This document shows, piece after piece, positions 29,145 through 39,135 of a DNA stretch of 64,000 nucleotides. The notes under the pieces were generated by a model, which searched no databases, had not been told where the DNA came from, and saw only the letters and a list, made by a program, of their open reading frames with translations. Within the stretch, counting starts at the first letter, position 1. Every line of letters begins with the position of its first letter. Made by a program: the position numbers and the translations under genes. This DNA comes from an uncultured Bacilli bacterium (GTDB lineage: Bacteria; Bacillota_I; Bacilli_A; RF39; UBA660), in the NCBI GenBank assembly GCA_947629655.1, contig CANREL010000004.1, positions 13,577 to 77,576 on the forward strand. The letters are read 5' to 3'.

Positions 29145-29663
29145 ATGGATAAATTTATTCCTAATAGTTATTATGAAAACATATATAGTATCAATTATGA
29201 TGCTTTGAAAAAGAAAAAAATTAAATGTATCATGTTTGATTTAGATAACACCTTAGCGCTAATTGATGAAGGAATACCACCAGAGAAAGTCATTAAATTT
29301 ATGAAGAATTTGAATAAGAGTTTTGATACTTATATCATTTCTAATAATAATCGTAAAAGAATTGAAAAGTTTTGTCGTCATTTCGATAGTGAATTTGTAG
29401 CTTTTGCTTTAAAACCATTATCTAAAGGATTTCGTCAAATTCAAAAGATGAAGAAATATAGAGTTGAAGAGATGTGCATCATTGGTGATCAGTTGATGAC
29501 AGATATATTTGGCGGAAATAGATTTGGGTGTTATACTATACTCGTTGATCCCCTTGGGAAAAAAGATTTAAAAGTTACGACTCTAAATCGATTCTTAGAA
29601 AATAGAATATTAAAAAAACTATCTAAAAGGGGCATACTGGAAAGAGGTAAATATTATGAGTAA
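29145..29663 (+). CDS. yqeG: YqeG-family HAD phosphatase
   Basis: Motifs DLDNTL, ISNN and GDQLMTDI. It sits upstream of yqeH, as in other Firmicutes. Confidence 0.8.
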   Translation: MDKFIPNSYYENIYSINYDALKKKKIKCIMFDLDNTLALIDEGIPPEKVIKFMKNLNKSFDTYIISNNNRKRIEKFCRHFDSEFVAFALKPLSKGFRQIQKMKKYRVEEMCIIGDQLMTDIFGGNRFGCYTILVDPLGKKDLKVTTLNRFLENRILKKLSKRGILERGKYYE

Positions 29664-30660
29664 AAAGATTTGTATTGGATGTGGAGTTACTCTTCAAGAT
29701 GAAAATATGAGTCAAGAAGGATATACTAGTAATATTGAGAATGATATATGTAGTCGTTGTTTTCGAATGAAGAACTATGGTGAATATCAAATTGTCACTA
29801 AATCTAATGATGAATACATAAAGATTTTAAAAGAAGTTAATAAGACGAAAGATTTAGTCTTATACATCGTCGATGCTTTAAATTTTGGTGAAGACATTAC
29901 GGAAATTAGAAAATATATATCTAATAAAATGATTTTAGTTTTAAATAAAAGAGATGTCTTACCTAAAAGTGTCAAAGATGATAAATTGATTGCATATTTG
30001 AAAAAGTTTGATATCGATTTTCAAGATATAATTGTCGTCAGTTGTTTAAAAAATTATAATATTGATGAATTGATGGCGATGATTAAGAAGTATAAGACGA
30101 GTAAAAATGTCTATGTTGTTGGAAATACTAATGTTGGTAAGAGCAGTTTAATAAATAAACTCATAAAGAATTACTCAGAGTATGAAGGGGAGTTGACGAT
30201 ATCGCCAATGCCTTCAACAACTCTCAATAAAATAAGTATAAAATTGAGCGATGATTTAAAAATTATTGATACGCCAGGGTTAGTAAATCGTGGTAATATC
30301 ATCAATTATGTCGATAATAGTATGTTGAAAAAAATAAATCCTAAAAAGGAAATAAAACCGAAAACTTATCAAATAAAAGAAGGTCAATGTCTAGTGATAG
30401 GTGATTTGTTCAGAATTGATTATGTAGCAGGTGAAAAAAACAGTTTTACTCTATTCGTATCGAATGACTTAAAAGTCAAACGATATAATATGTACAAATG
30501 TGAATTGTTAAAGAATCTTTCAAAAACGACTTATGATATTGGTTATCATAAAGATCTCGTCATTGATGGATTAGGGTTTATTAAGATCGTTTCGAAAGCT
30601 AAAGTCGATGTTTATGTCGATATAAATGTTAACGTTTTTGAGAGGGAATCTTTAATTTAG
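29656..30660 (+). CDS. yqeH: ribosome biogenesis GTPase YqeH
   Basis: N-terminal zinc motif (CIGCG...CSRCF) and a circularly permuted GTPase (NKRDVLPK, GNTNVGKSSLIN, DTPG). Confidence 0.85.
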   Translation: MSKKICIGCGVTLQDENMSQEGYTSNIENDICSRCFRMKNYGEYQIVTKSNDEYIKILKEVNKTKDLVLYIVDALNFGEDITEIRKYISNKMILVLNKRDVLPKSVKDDKLIAYLKKFDIDFQDIIVVSCLKNYNIDELMAMIKKYKTSKNVYVVGNTNVGKSSLINKLIKNYSEYEGELTISPMPSTTLNKISIKLSDDLKIIDTPGLVNRGNIINYVDNSMLKKINPKKEIKPKTYQIKEGQCLVIGDLFRIDYVAGEKNSFTLFVSNDLKVKRYNMYKCELLKNLSKTTYDIGYHKDLVIDGLGFIKIVSKAKVDVYVDINVNVFERESLI

Positions 30661-30666
30661 AGAAAA

Positions 30667-30708
30667 AAGCCTAAAAAGTTTGTATTTTGGCTTTTTTTTT
30701 ATTATAAT
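30667..30708 (+). terminator. rho-independent terminator
   Basis: Hairpin aagcctaaaa/agtttgta/ttttggctt followed by T9. Confidence 0.55.
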
Positions 30709-30724
30709 TAATATGGGTGTAGAT

Positions 30725-31447
30725 ATGAAAATAAACGTTAAAGATACAGATGTCAATTACATACAATATGGTAAGGGGAAAGAGTTAATTTTACTCCATG
30801 GATGGGGACAAAATATTGAGATGATGAAACCCCTTGGTGATCGATTAGAAGATAAATATCATATTACGATTATAGATTTACCGGGTTTTGGTGCAAGTGC
30901 TGAACCGGAAAAAGTGTTCACAGTCAGTGATTATTGTGAAGTAGTTGAAGAAATCGTAAAGAAACTGAAGATAAAGAAACCGACCCTGATTGGGCATTCC
31001 TTTGGTGGACGCGTATCGATTGTTTATGCTTCACGAAATGAAATTGATAAGTTGATCTTATTTGGTAGTCCTTGCATTAGAACGGAAGAGAAAGAAAGTC
31101 TCAAACTTAAAACTTTAAAAACTTTGAAGAAAGTTCCAGGACTTAACAAATTTGAGAATTTTGCGAAGAGACATATCGGCAGTAGAGATTATAAAAATGC
31201 CAGTGAAATGATGCGTAAGATTTTGGTTGAAACTGTTAATACCGATTTATCTGAATATGCGAAAAAAATAAAATGTCCAACGTTATTGATGTGGGGCGAT
31301 AATGATTTGGAAGAACCAGTTGAAAGAGCCCGTGAATTGGAAAAAGTTATTGATGATGCAGCACTAATCGTTTTTCCCAATTCGAGTCATTATGCATATT
31401 TAGAGAATATCGATCAAGTCATAAAAATAATAAAAGAATTTGTATAG
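30725..31447 (+). CDS. alpha/beta-fold hydrolase
   Basis: HGWG oxyanion region, GHSFGG nucleophile elbow, and late D and H (SSHYAY). I prefer the ATG at 30725 because the track's TTG at 30680 lies inside the upstream terminator. Confidence 0.75.
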   Translation: MKINVKDTDVNYIQYGKGKELILLHGWGQNIEMMKPLGDRLEDKYHITIIDLPGFGASAEPEKVFTVSDYCEVVEEIVKKLKIKKPTLIGHSFGGRVSIVYASRNEIDKLILFGSPCIRTEEKESLKLKTLKTLKKVPGLNKFENFAKRHIGSRDYKNASEMMRKILVETVNTDLSEYAKKIKCPTLLMWGDNDLEEPVERARELEKVIDDAALIVFPNSSHYAYLENIDQVIKIIKEFV

Positions 31448-31457
31448 GAGTGATTTT

Positions 31458-33071
31458 ATGTTAGTTTGTGCATATATAGTAATGGCGGTTGTTTTCATCT
31501 ATTCAATGATTAAAATGAAAAGAAGTCTACATATGATTCAACAAAATTTATACAATGAGAATAATCGATATTTGAGATGGATCAGTAAGAATAGAAAAGA
31601 GATATATAAAAATCTTGATGTCTATGGAATCGTATTTGTTTTCTGTTATGCATGGTGTTTTAATACTTATGTATCATTCTATTTCTTTGGACTTATCATT
31701 GCTCTTTATTTGATTTCAACTATTATTAATATAAAGAGTAGACAGAATGATCAAAATAAGAAACCATTAGTCATAACAGCTAGAGTTAAGAGATTGATTG
31801 TGACGACAAGTGTTTTGTATTTAATTCCTTGTTTATTAGGAATATTTATCAAATCTAATTTATGCGATTTCATATTTTTATTATCAATTATGGCTGTTTT
31901 AAATTTTTATGTCGTATATCTTGCTTCAGTCATAAATATTCCAATTGAAAAGATGATTTATCATCACTATGAGAAACAAGCTAAAGAAAAGTTAGCAAGT
32001 ATGAAAAATCTCAAAGTTATTGGAATTACGGGAAGTTATGGTAAGACTAGCTGTAAAAATGTCTTAGCTGATGTTTTAAACATTAAATATAATACTTTGG
32101 CATCACCTAAGAGCATAAATACTTTTAATGGTCTAATGATAACAATAAATAATGAATTAACTAAGTTTGATGATTGTTTCATTGCTGAAATGGGGGCTTA
32201 TGTCAAAGGAGAAATAAATGGTTTGTGCAAATTAGTAAATCCTAAATATGGAATAATTACTAGTATTGGAACAGCTCATTTGGAAACTTTTGGTAGTGAA
32301 AAGAACATTCAAGAAGGAAAGATGGAACTTATTGAATATCTACCTAAAGATGGTGTTGGTGTTTTGAATCGTGATGATGAAAAACAAAAAAATTATAAAA
32401 TCAAAAAGAAAGATCATTGTAAGATACTTTGGGTAGGAATTGATAGCAAGGATGAAGTTGATGTCAAAGCACTCAATATAAAGTGTAGTAATGAAGGAAC
32501 TACTTTTGATTGCGTCTTCAAAGGTGATAAGAAAAAGTATCAATTCAAGACTAAACTACTTGGAAAACATAATGTCTATAACATAATTTCAGCGCTAGCT
32601 TTAGGACGTGAGTGGGGAATTGAAATAGATAAATTACAACAAGCAGTTAAAAAGATCAAACCGATTGAACATCGTTTAGAAATAAAAAAATTCAATAATT
32701 TTTATCAATTGGATGATGCATATAATTCTAATCCAGTTGGTGCTAAAGCGGCTTTAGATGTTTTAGATATGATGAATGGTGAAAAAGTTGTCATAACACC
32801 TGGGATGGTGGAACTTGGTGAAAAAGAAGAATACTACAATAGAGAATTTGGTAAACAAATAGCTGAAGTTGCTGATAGAGTAATCTTGGTTGGAGAAAAG
32901 AAGACTAAACCAATTTTACAGGGATTAAAAGATATGAAATTCAATGAGAAAGACATCAAAGTTATAAATGATGTCAGAGAAGCATATACAATTTTGAATA
33001 AGATTAATAGTAAGAAAAACGTTTATGCGCTTTTTGAAAATGATTTACCTGATACATATAATGAAAAGTAG
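31458..33071 (+). CDS. murF: MurF-like Mur ligase with an N-terminal polytopic membrane domain
   Basis: The first ~170 aa contain 4-5 hydrophobic helices. These are followed by GITGSYGKTS, AEMGA, LDDAYNSNP and PGMVELG. The ATG at 31458 follows GGAGTGA. It is located directly upstream of ddl. Confidence 0.8.
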   Translation: MLVCAYIVMAVVFIYSMIKMKRSLHMIQQNLYNENNRYLRWISKNRKEIYKNLDVYGIVFVFCYAWCFNTYVSFYFFGLIIALYLISTIINIKSRQNDQNKKPLVITARVKRLIVTTSVLYLIPCLLGIFIKSNLCDFIFLLSIMAVLNFYVVYLASVINIPIEKMIYHHYEKQAKEKLASMKNLKVIGITGSYGKTSCKNVLADVLNIKYNTLASPKSINTFNGLMITINNELTKFDDCFIAEMGAYVKGEINGLCKLVNPKYGIITSIGTAHLETFGSEKNIQEGKMELIEYLPKDGVGVLNRDDEKQKNYKIKKKDHCKILWVGIDSKDEVDVKALNIKCSNEGTTFDCVFKGDKKKYQFKTKLLGKHNVYNIISALALGREWGIEIDKLQQAVKKIKPIEHRLEIKKFNNFYQLDDAYNSNPVGAKAALDVLDMMNGEKVVITPGMVELGEKEEYYNREFGKQIAEVADRVILVGEKKTKPILQGLKDMKFNEKDIKVINDVREAYTILNKINSKKNVYALFENDLPDTYNEK

Positions 33072-33083
33072 GAGATGATTTAA

Positions 33084-34286
33084 ATGATAAAAGTTGGTGT
33101 TATTTTTGGTGGAGAAAGCGTTGAACATGAAGTAAGTATTATTTCAGCTGTTCAAGCTATGAACAAGATGGATACTGAAAAGTATGAAATCGTACCCATC
33201 TATATCACAAAAGATGGTGAGTGGTATACAGGAGATTTCTTAAAGGAAATTGAAACATTCCAGGACATGCATCTTTTAAAAAAATATGCGAAAAATGTAG
33301 TTTTGTACAAGAGACATGGCAGCTATATCTTACAGAGCAAGGGCTTCTTTAGAAGTGTTGTCAAAGAAATAGATATCGCTTTTCCAATCGTTCATGGAAC
33401 GAATGTTGAAGATGGAGCTTTACAAGGATATTTAAAAACTATTGGTATTCCTTTTGTTGGACCAGATGTTTGTCCAGCAGCTATTGGTCAAGATAAAATC
33501 TTCCAAAAACAAATTTGGGGAAGTGAAGATTTACCAATTCCTAGATATACTTGGTTTTTTGATAGTGAGTATGAAGAAAATCCAGAAGAAGTCATTAAAA
33601 AAGTTGAAAAGATTAAATATCCAGTTATTGTTAAACCAGCTACTTTAGGTAGTAGTGTTGGTATCAGTGTTGCTCACAAAAAAGAAGAATTGATTGAAGC
33701 GATTGAGGATGCCATAACTTATGACAATAAGATTTTAGTTGAAGAAGTAATTGAAAACTTAGTTGAAGTTAATGTCAGTGTCGTTGGTAATCATGACAGT
33801 CTAGATACTAGTGTCATTGAACAAGTCTTGACGGGTAATGACTTACTTACATATGAAGATAAATATATTGGGGGAACGAAGAAGTCAAGCGCTAGTAAAG
33901 GAATGCTTTCAGCTACTCGTAAGATTCCTGCTGATATTGGTGATAAATTGACAAATGAAGTTAAAGACGTTGCTATTCGTGCTTTTAAAGCTTTGAATTT
34001 AAGTGGTGATGTCAGAATAGATTTCTTAATTGATTCAAAGAAGAAAAAAGTATATATAAATGAAGTTAATACCATTCCTGGTTCACTTGCTTTCTATTTG
34101 TGGGAACCAGTTGGTAAAGATTATACAGAATTATTAGATGAACTTATAAATGTTGCTGTTAAAGACTACAAAAAGCGCGTTAATAAGACACACTCTTTTG
34201 ATACTAATATACTAAGTGGATTTGCTAATGGATTAAAGGGGTCAAAAGGAATGAAAGGTGCTAAAGAAGTTAAATCTTTGAAGTAG
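33084..34286 (+). CDS. ddl: D-alanine--D-alanine ligase (ATP-grasp)
   Basis: Motifs FGGESVEHEVS, HGTNVEDGALQG, VKPATLGSSVGI, RIDFL and EVNTIPG. Confidence 0.9.
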   Translation: MIKVGVIFGGESVEHEVSIISAVQAMNKMDTEKYEIVPIYITKDGEWYTGDFLKEIETFQDMHLLKKYAKNVVLYKRHGSYILQSKGFFRSVVKEIDIAFPIVHGTNVEDGALQGYLKTIGIPFVGPDVCPAAIGQDKIFQKQIWGSEDLPIPRYTWFFDSEYEENPEEVIKKVEKIKYPVIVKPATLGSSVGISVAHKKEELIEAIEDAITYDNKILVEEVIENLVEVNVSVVGNHDSLDTSVIEQVLTGNDLLTYEDKYIGGTKKSSASKGMLSATRKIPADIGDKLTNEVKDVAIRAFKALNLSGDVRIDFLIDSKKKKVYINEVNTIPGSLAFYLWEPVGKDYTELLDELINVAVKDYKKRVNKTHSFDTNILSGFANGLKGSKGMKGAKEVKSLK

Positions 34287-34316
34287 TGTGACAATATTCT
34301 ACAGGGGGTGTAAGTA

Positions 34317-35450
34317 TTGGATAACTTTTTTGAATCGGGTTTGGACAGTTTGAGTGATGAAGCTCTTAAATATGTCGGAGTTACTAATCTCGATTTTAGA
34401 ACCCATCTCTCTAAAGATGAATTGTTGGAGGTTCAAAATATAATGTTCTCAATAAATACTTTAATACAGATCACTTTTAAAGATGGAACTTTTGTAAGCG
34501 ATATTGAGAATGTAAAACATTTATTAGAAAATTCACCAATGTGTGATGATAGAAAAATAGAGAAGATCATTCTCAGAAGAAATACATCTGATGAAGTTAA
34601 ACAGATATTGATGATGCCTTATGATAATCCTGATACTTGGAATATTGCTTATGATGTTCACGATGATACTTATATGATAACGACGTTACCCAATTATCGT
34701 CTCATGGAGGAATATATAGGTGTTGTTCTATCTTGTATTAAGGATGACATGAGTCCTTTGGAAAAAATAAAAGAAGTATATGATTTTGTCAAGTTATTGG
34801 AACTTGATGAAAAGGCGAGTAATAGATTTCCTGATATCATAAAAAATAGAGTCACTAACAATTTGGGATTTAATGTTTTATTCAGTGAAATTTTGAAGAG
34901 AATAGGAATTAAATCTTATATTGGGAAGATTCAAAGAGAACAGATGGAATATATCACAATTGTTTCTGTTAAAGATGAAAAGTATGAAGCAGATGGTATA
35001 TATGCATTTGATCCAGTTAGTGATTCAATTCCCAAGCATGCTTATAAAAATGATGCCATGCGTAAAATAAATTATAATTTTTTTGCTCTTTCTTTGAAAA
35101 AGATTGTTTCAACTACTTCTTCGGATAAATTATTAGAACCATTATCCCTATTAACTATTGATTCTTTAGATTTTTCAGAACGTCGAGTTAATGTCAATGA
35201 ACGTAGAAAGTTAGAAGAGATTTTTGATTCAAATTATGAAGAAATATTTAAAATAGTAAATAAAACTAAAGATATAAAAGATGAAAATTTATTAAATTTA
35301 TTCATTTCGACAGTTCATCGTGAAGATTTTATCAATTTGAATAGAGATATTGAAGAATTGATAAGAAACAATTATTATTTACGAAAGAAAGATCTTTTTA
35401 TAAATCTTAAGAAAGATGATATTGAAGATATGAATATTCATGATGTTTAA
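34317..35450 (+). CDS. hypothetical cytoplasmic protein (possible degenerate transglutaminase-like fold)
   Basis: TTG start behind AGGGGGTG. The segment NNLGFNVLFSEILKRIGIKSYIG...EYITIVSV...IYAFDP resembles a GxCxxFA...H...D core spacing, but the Cys and His are absent. Confidence 0.45.
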   Translation: MDNFFESGLDSLSDEALKYVGVTNLDFRTHLSKDELLEVQNIMFSINTLIQITFKDGTFVSDIENVKHLLENSPMCDDRKIEKIILRRNTSDEVKQILMMPYDNPDTWNIAYDVHDDTYMITTLPNYRLMEEYIGVVLSCIKDDMSPLEKIKEVYDFVKLLELDEKASNRFPDIIKNRVTNNLGFNVLFSEILKRIGIKSYIGKIQREQMEYITIVSVKDEKYEADGIYAFDPVSDSIPKHAYKNDAMRKINYNFFALSLKKIVSTTSSDKLLEPLSLLTIDSLDFSERRVNVNERRKLEEIFDSNYEEIFKIVNKTKDIKDENLLNLFISTVHREDFINLNRDIEELIRNNYYLRKKDLFINLKKDDIEDMNIHDV

Positions 35451-35479
35451 AGATTAAATAAGTTTATTTAATCTTTTTA
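35451..35479 (+). terminator. rho-independent terminator
   Basis: 10-bp stem agattaaata/tatttaatct with a 4-nt loop and T5. Confidence 0.75.
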
Positions 35480-35484
35480 TATTG

Positions 35485-35513
35485 TTGTTATTTTCAAGAA
35501 GAAATGATATCAT
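35485..35513 (+). promoter_or_regulatory. putative sigma-A promoter of the giant pilin gene
   Basis: TTGTTA, a 17-nt spacer to the TATCAT hexamer (35508-35513), and TG at 35505-35506 giving an extended -10 (TGaTATCAT). It lies ~29 nt upstream of the ATG. Confidence 0.4.
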
Positions 35514-35541
35514 ATAGATAGAATATAATAGGTGGTGCCAT

Positions 35542-38277
35542 ATGAAAAGAACTAATAAAAAGGGATTTACTCTAATGGAAGTAATAGCGGTCATAATAAT
35601 TTTAGGATTATTAATCATGATAGCTGTACCAGCCGTAAATAAACAGTTATCAAATTTTAGAGTAAATTATTATGATAAATTGGAGAGTAGTGCGAAAGCT
35701 GCTGGTGAAGATTATGTCTCAGATAAAAGATATGCGAAACCGACGAAACTTTTGTACTCTAAGGTTATTAAGATTAGTGAATTGGAAGATGAAGGGTATA
35801 TCGATGAAGTAAAAGATTATCTCGGTAATAAATGTGATTCGAAAGATACTTCATACAGTTATGTCGTCGTCGTTAAAACAGGAGAAAAAGAGTATCAATA
35901 TCAAGCATGTTTAAGATGTAGTGAAGATGAATATGCGACAAATACGAATGATAAAAAATATAATTTATGTGATACTGCTTGGTTAAATAATACAGGAATA
36001 GAATATGTTAAACCAGGTATTAGTAGTGATTTGTTATATGTTTATTATGGAACTACAGAACAAGAGATCAAAGAGCAAGTTGGAATAACTTACGATATTG
36101 TAAAAAGAGATCGAAATGGGGAAGTTTTAGCGCAAGTAAAAAACAGTGAAGCTGAAGAAGATGACATTCTATACCCACAAAACATTGGTGAATTAGTAGG
36201 AAAAAATGTCAATAGTATCGTTGAATTGCGTTATGTTTTACCAAATGGTGAGACTTTAACGAGAAGAGCTGTCATTTATAAACACAACGATCCAAAAGTT
36301 ACGATGACATATGGTAATGCCAATACAGTAACTGGTAAAAAAGTTGGCGATAAATATAATAATGGTAGTAATGAATGGGCAAGTAAATTAAATATAAAAA
36401 TTGAATTCTCACCTAGTGATATCAAAGAGATAACTGATAAGATTAACATGAAGACAGCTGAGTATTATGATCCTGCTACTAACAAATGGGTTGATACCAA
36501 TTGTAGTTTGAGTAGTGATAAAAAGAGTTGTACTTGGACGGTTGCTAGTAACTTTAATAAATCAGTCAAGATAAGAGTAGTTAATCAAAATGATCGCCGA
36601 GGTGATGGCATAAAAGAACACTCAATAAAAGTTGATATAACGAAACCGACATGTGCAAGTAACAATGGCAGTACGACGTGGGCAAAATCACGAACTGTCA
36701 CTGAGAGTTGTACAGATAGTGGTGGAAGTGGATGTAATAAAGGAAGTTATGCAATAACTTATCCAACTAGTTCAGTAAAAAATAAGAAAACTGATAACAT
36801 CACGATATATGATAATGCTGGTAATAGTCAAAGTTGTCCTGTCAATATTTATGTTGACTCAACACCACCTTCAAGTTGTGATGTAACATTACATGGTGTA
36901 ACTAATAATGGAACGACTAGTTCAGATATTACAATTGATGTCAAAGGTGTTGATAATGAAACTGATGCTAGTGGAATAAAGAGTGAAACAGTTGATGTCA
37001 AGTTAAATGGAAGTAGCCTTGGTGATATAAGAAATACGAGTGGTAAGAACAATGGTAAATATACAATAGTTGGAACTTGTACTGATAAAGCTGGAAATTC
37101 TAAAACTAGTGCAACGCAAACTTTCACTTTAAGTAAAAAGGTAACGATAAGCTATAGTGCTGGAGTTGGTGGTAGTGGAAGTATGGCTAGTACGACATGT
37201 GGTTATAATGAAAACTGTAACATAAGTGGAAACAGTTTTACTAGAACAGGATATCACTTCACGGGATGGAAAAATGGTAGTGCTAGTTATTTAGCTGGTG
37301 GAACGTATAAATTTACTTCAAATGTTACTTTGACAGCGCAATGGGCACCTAATACTTATACGATCAATTTCAATGGTAATGGTGCTAATGGTGGTGCAAC
37401 GGGAGCTGTTACTTGTACGTATGATCAAAATTGTACTTTGCCAGGAAATGGTTTTTCAAGAACGGGTTATAGATTTATTGGATGGGGTCTATCAACTGGT
37501 GATGGCGTTGTTTATAATAATGGCGCAACTGTTAATAATTTAGTTGCTAGTGGTTCAATTACGTTATATGCAAAATGGTCTGTTTACAAAGTTCACATCC
37601 GTTACAATACGAATGGTGGATCAATTTTGAGCAGTAATGCATCAGGAAGATGGTCAACATCTGGTAACAATGTTTATTTGAATGGTGCTTTATATGAAGA
37701 GACAATTGATTATGGTAGTAGAATGGGAAGTTCTGGTCTATCTAACTGGAATAATAGTGGATACATATACATAACACGCCCAAGTTATACAGCAGTACCT
37801 GGTCAAGAATGGGTATGTAATAGTGGATGTTCTTCCGTTGGTAGAAAGTTTAGTCAAGATGTCGTTTATAGTGCTAGTGACTTCTGTAATGCTGCTAATG
37901 GTGATTGTACAGTAACAGTGGGCGTTAACTGGCAAGTTGCCTGTGGACCAGTTTATTTGAGTGCTGTTTCAACTGGTGGTAACAATGGTGGTTACTGTTG
38001 GAATAACTGCATGGGTAAGAGTTGTCAAGATTATCGCATAACATTCTCAATTTCAGGATGTAATAGTGGCATGTATGGTCATGTCTGCTACTACAATCCA
38101 GCTGGTTACGGAATTAGTTGTAATGTCTTCCAAGCTACTTATCCAACTCATAACAGTGGATATGGTGTCGTTTGCTTCAACTCATCTACTAACTGGACAT
38201 ATGATAGATCAACTGAATGGGGATATGGTTATGTTTGTAATCAAGCTAACCAATGTGCTGAGAAAATAGCTCCATAG
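35542..38277 (+). CDS. giant (911 aa) type IV pilin-like protein with Ig-like modules, Listeria-Bacteroides-type repeats and a Cys-rich C-terminus
   Basis: Prepilin N-terminus MKRTNKKG/FTLMEVIAVIIILGLLIMIAVPAV (Gly-1, Glu+5). Mid-region has DxAGN-type Ig modules. The repeats FTRTGYHFTGWKNG and FSRTGYRFIGWGL are followed by a C-terminal ~130 aa with many Cys. Confidence 0.75.
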   Translation: MKRTNKKGFTLMEVIAVIIILGLLIMIAVPAVNKQLSNFRVNYYDKLESSAKAAGEDYVSDKRYAKPTKLLYSKVIKISELEDEGYIDEVKDYLGNKCDSKDTSYSYVVVVKTGEKEYQYQACLRCSEDEYATNTNDKKYNLCDTAWLNNTGIEYVKPGISSDLLYVYYGTTEQEIKEQVGITYDIVKRDRNGEVLAQVKNSEAEEDDILYPQNIGELVGKNVNSIVELRYVLPNGETLTRRAVIYKHNDPKVTMTYGNANTVTGKKVGDKYNNGSNEWASKLNIKIEFSPSDIKEITDKINMKTAEYYDPATNKWVDTNCSLSSDKKSCTWTVASNFNKSVKIRVVNQNDRRGDGIKEHSIKVDITKPTCASNNGSTTWAKSRTVTESCTDSGGSGCNKGSYAITYPTSSVKNKKTDNITIYDNAGNSQSCPVNIYVDSTPPSSCDVTLHGVTNNGTTSSDITIDVKGVDNETDASGIKSETVDVKLNGSSLGDIRNTSGKNNGKYTIVGTCTDKAGNSKTSATQTFTLSKKVTISYSAGVGGSGSMASTTCGYNENCNISGNSFTRTGYHFTGWKNGSASYLAGGTYKFTSNVTLTAQWAPNTYTINFNGNGANGGATGAVTCTYDQNCTLPGNGFSRTGYRFIGWGLSTGDGVVYNNGATVNNLVASGSITLYAKWSVYKVHIRYNTNGGSILSSNASGRWSTSGNNVYLNGALYEETIDYGSRMGSSGLSNWNNSGYIYITRPSYTAVPGQEWVCNSGCSSVGRKFSQDVVYSASDFCNAANGDCTVTVGVNWQVACGPVYLSAVSTGGNNGGYCWNNCMGKSCQDYRITFSISGCNSGMYGHVCYYNPAGYGISCNVFQATYPTHNSGYGVVCFNSSTNWTYDRSTEWGYGYVCNQANQCAEKIAP

Positions 38278-38294
38278 TTAGAAAGGAAATTATT

Positions 38295-39122
38295 ATGAAA
38301 AAGAAAAACACAAAGAAAATTAAAAAGAATAATTCAAAAAAAGTTTTAATCGCATTTTCAATAATAGTGATGTTATCTATCATAACTTTGGCTCTATTTC
38401 TCATAAATAGCGACAATAAAAAATATAAGAGTAATAGAGAAGTAGTCGAAAATGTCATCAAAGATGTTTTCTTAACAGAAAATACTTCTCAAAAGAAAAT
38501 AGAAAATTATTTTGGTAATCAAACTGTAAAAGTATTTGTAGCAATGGGAGAGGATAGTTACTTGCGATATATCCCTCCAACTTTTACAGAAAAGAATGCT
38601 GACTACATGAAGTATGAAACTACTCAGAAAAAATATGCCGAAAAAGTAGAAGAAAAAATCTTGAACAACACGAGTTATGTCATAAGTGAGTATGAGGAAA
38701 ATGACAATTTGCAATTTAGGATAACCCCATGGTATTTTGCCCAATATTCCAGTGATTTGTCATATTTGAAAAATAAATTGTTAGAATTGAGTAATATTGA
38801 TCCAGAATTGGTTAATACTAATTATGATAAATATAGTTTTTATGAATATAAAGCTCGTGTTAAAGCTATGGAAATAATGGACAGATATTTAGATAATTAT
38901 GATAATAAAGATGAATCATTAGATTTTACTTTCTATTATGAAAATGGTGAACCCGCTGTTAATCAATATTTGAGTTTATATTTCAATTTAATTGGTATTA
39001 CATCAAAATACAATGTCAATAGTGATGAAAAAATAAAAGAACAAGTGACGAGAGTAGATAAATATTTAGATGAGGCAATTGATAAAAAAATAGTTGATAA
39101 AGATAATGCTTTAGCACTTTAG
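38295..39122 (+). CDS. N-terminally anchored hypothetical protein, tandem paralog 1
   Basis: K-rich N-terminus and one TM helix. It shares long blocks with the next gene (for example TPWYFAQYSSDLSYLKNKLLE...YEYKARVKAM). Confidence 0.6.
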   Translation: MKKKNTKKIKKNNSKKVLIAFSIIVMLSIITLALFLINSDNKKYKSNREVVENVIKDVFLTENTSQKKIENYFGNQTVKVFVAMGEDSYLRYIPPTFTEKNADYMKYETTQKKYAEKVEEKILNNTSYVISEYEENDNLQFRITPWYFAQYSSDLSYLKNKLLELSNIDPELVNTNYDKYSFYEYKARVKAMEIMDRYLDNYDNKDESLDFTFYYENGEPAVNQYLSLYFNLIGITSKYNVNSDEKIKEQVTRVDKYLDEAIDKKIVDKDNALAL

Positions 39123-39135
39123 AAAGAAGATAATT

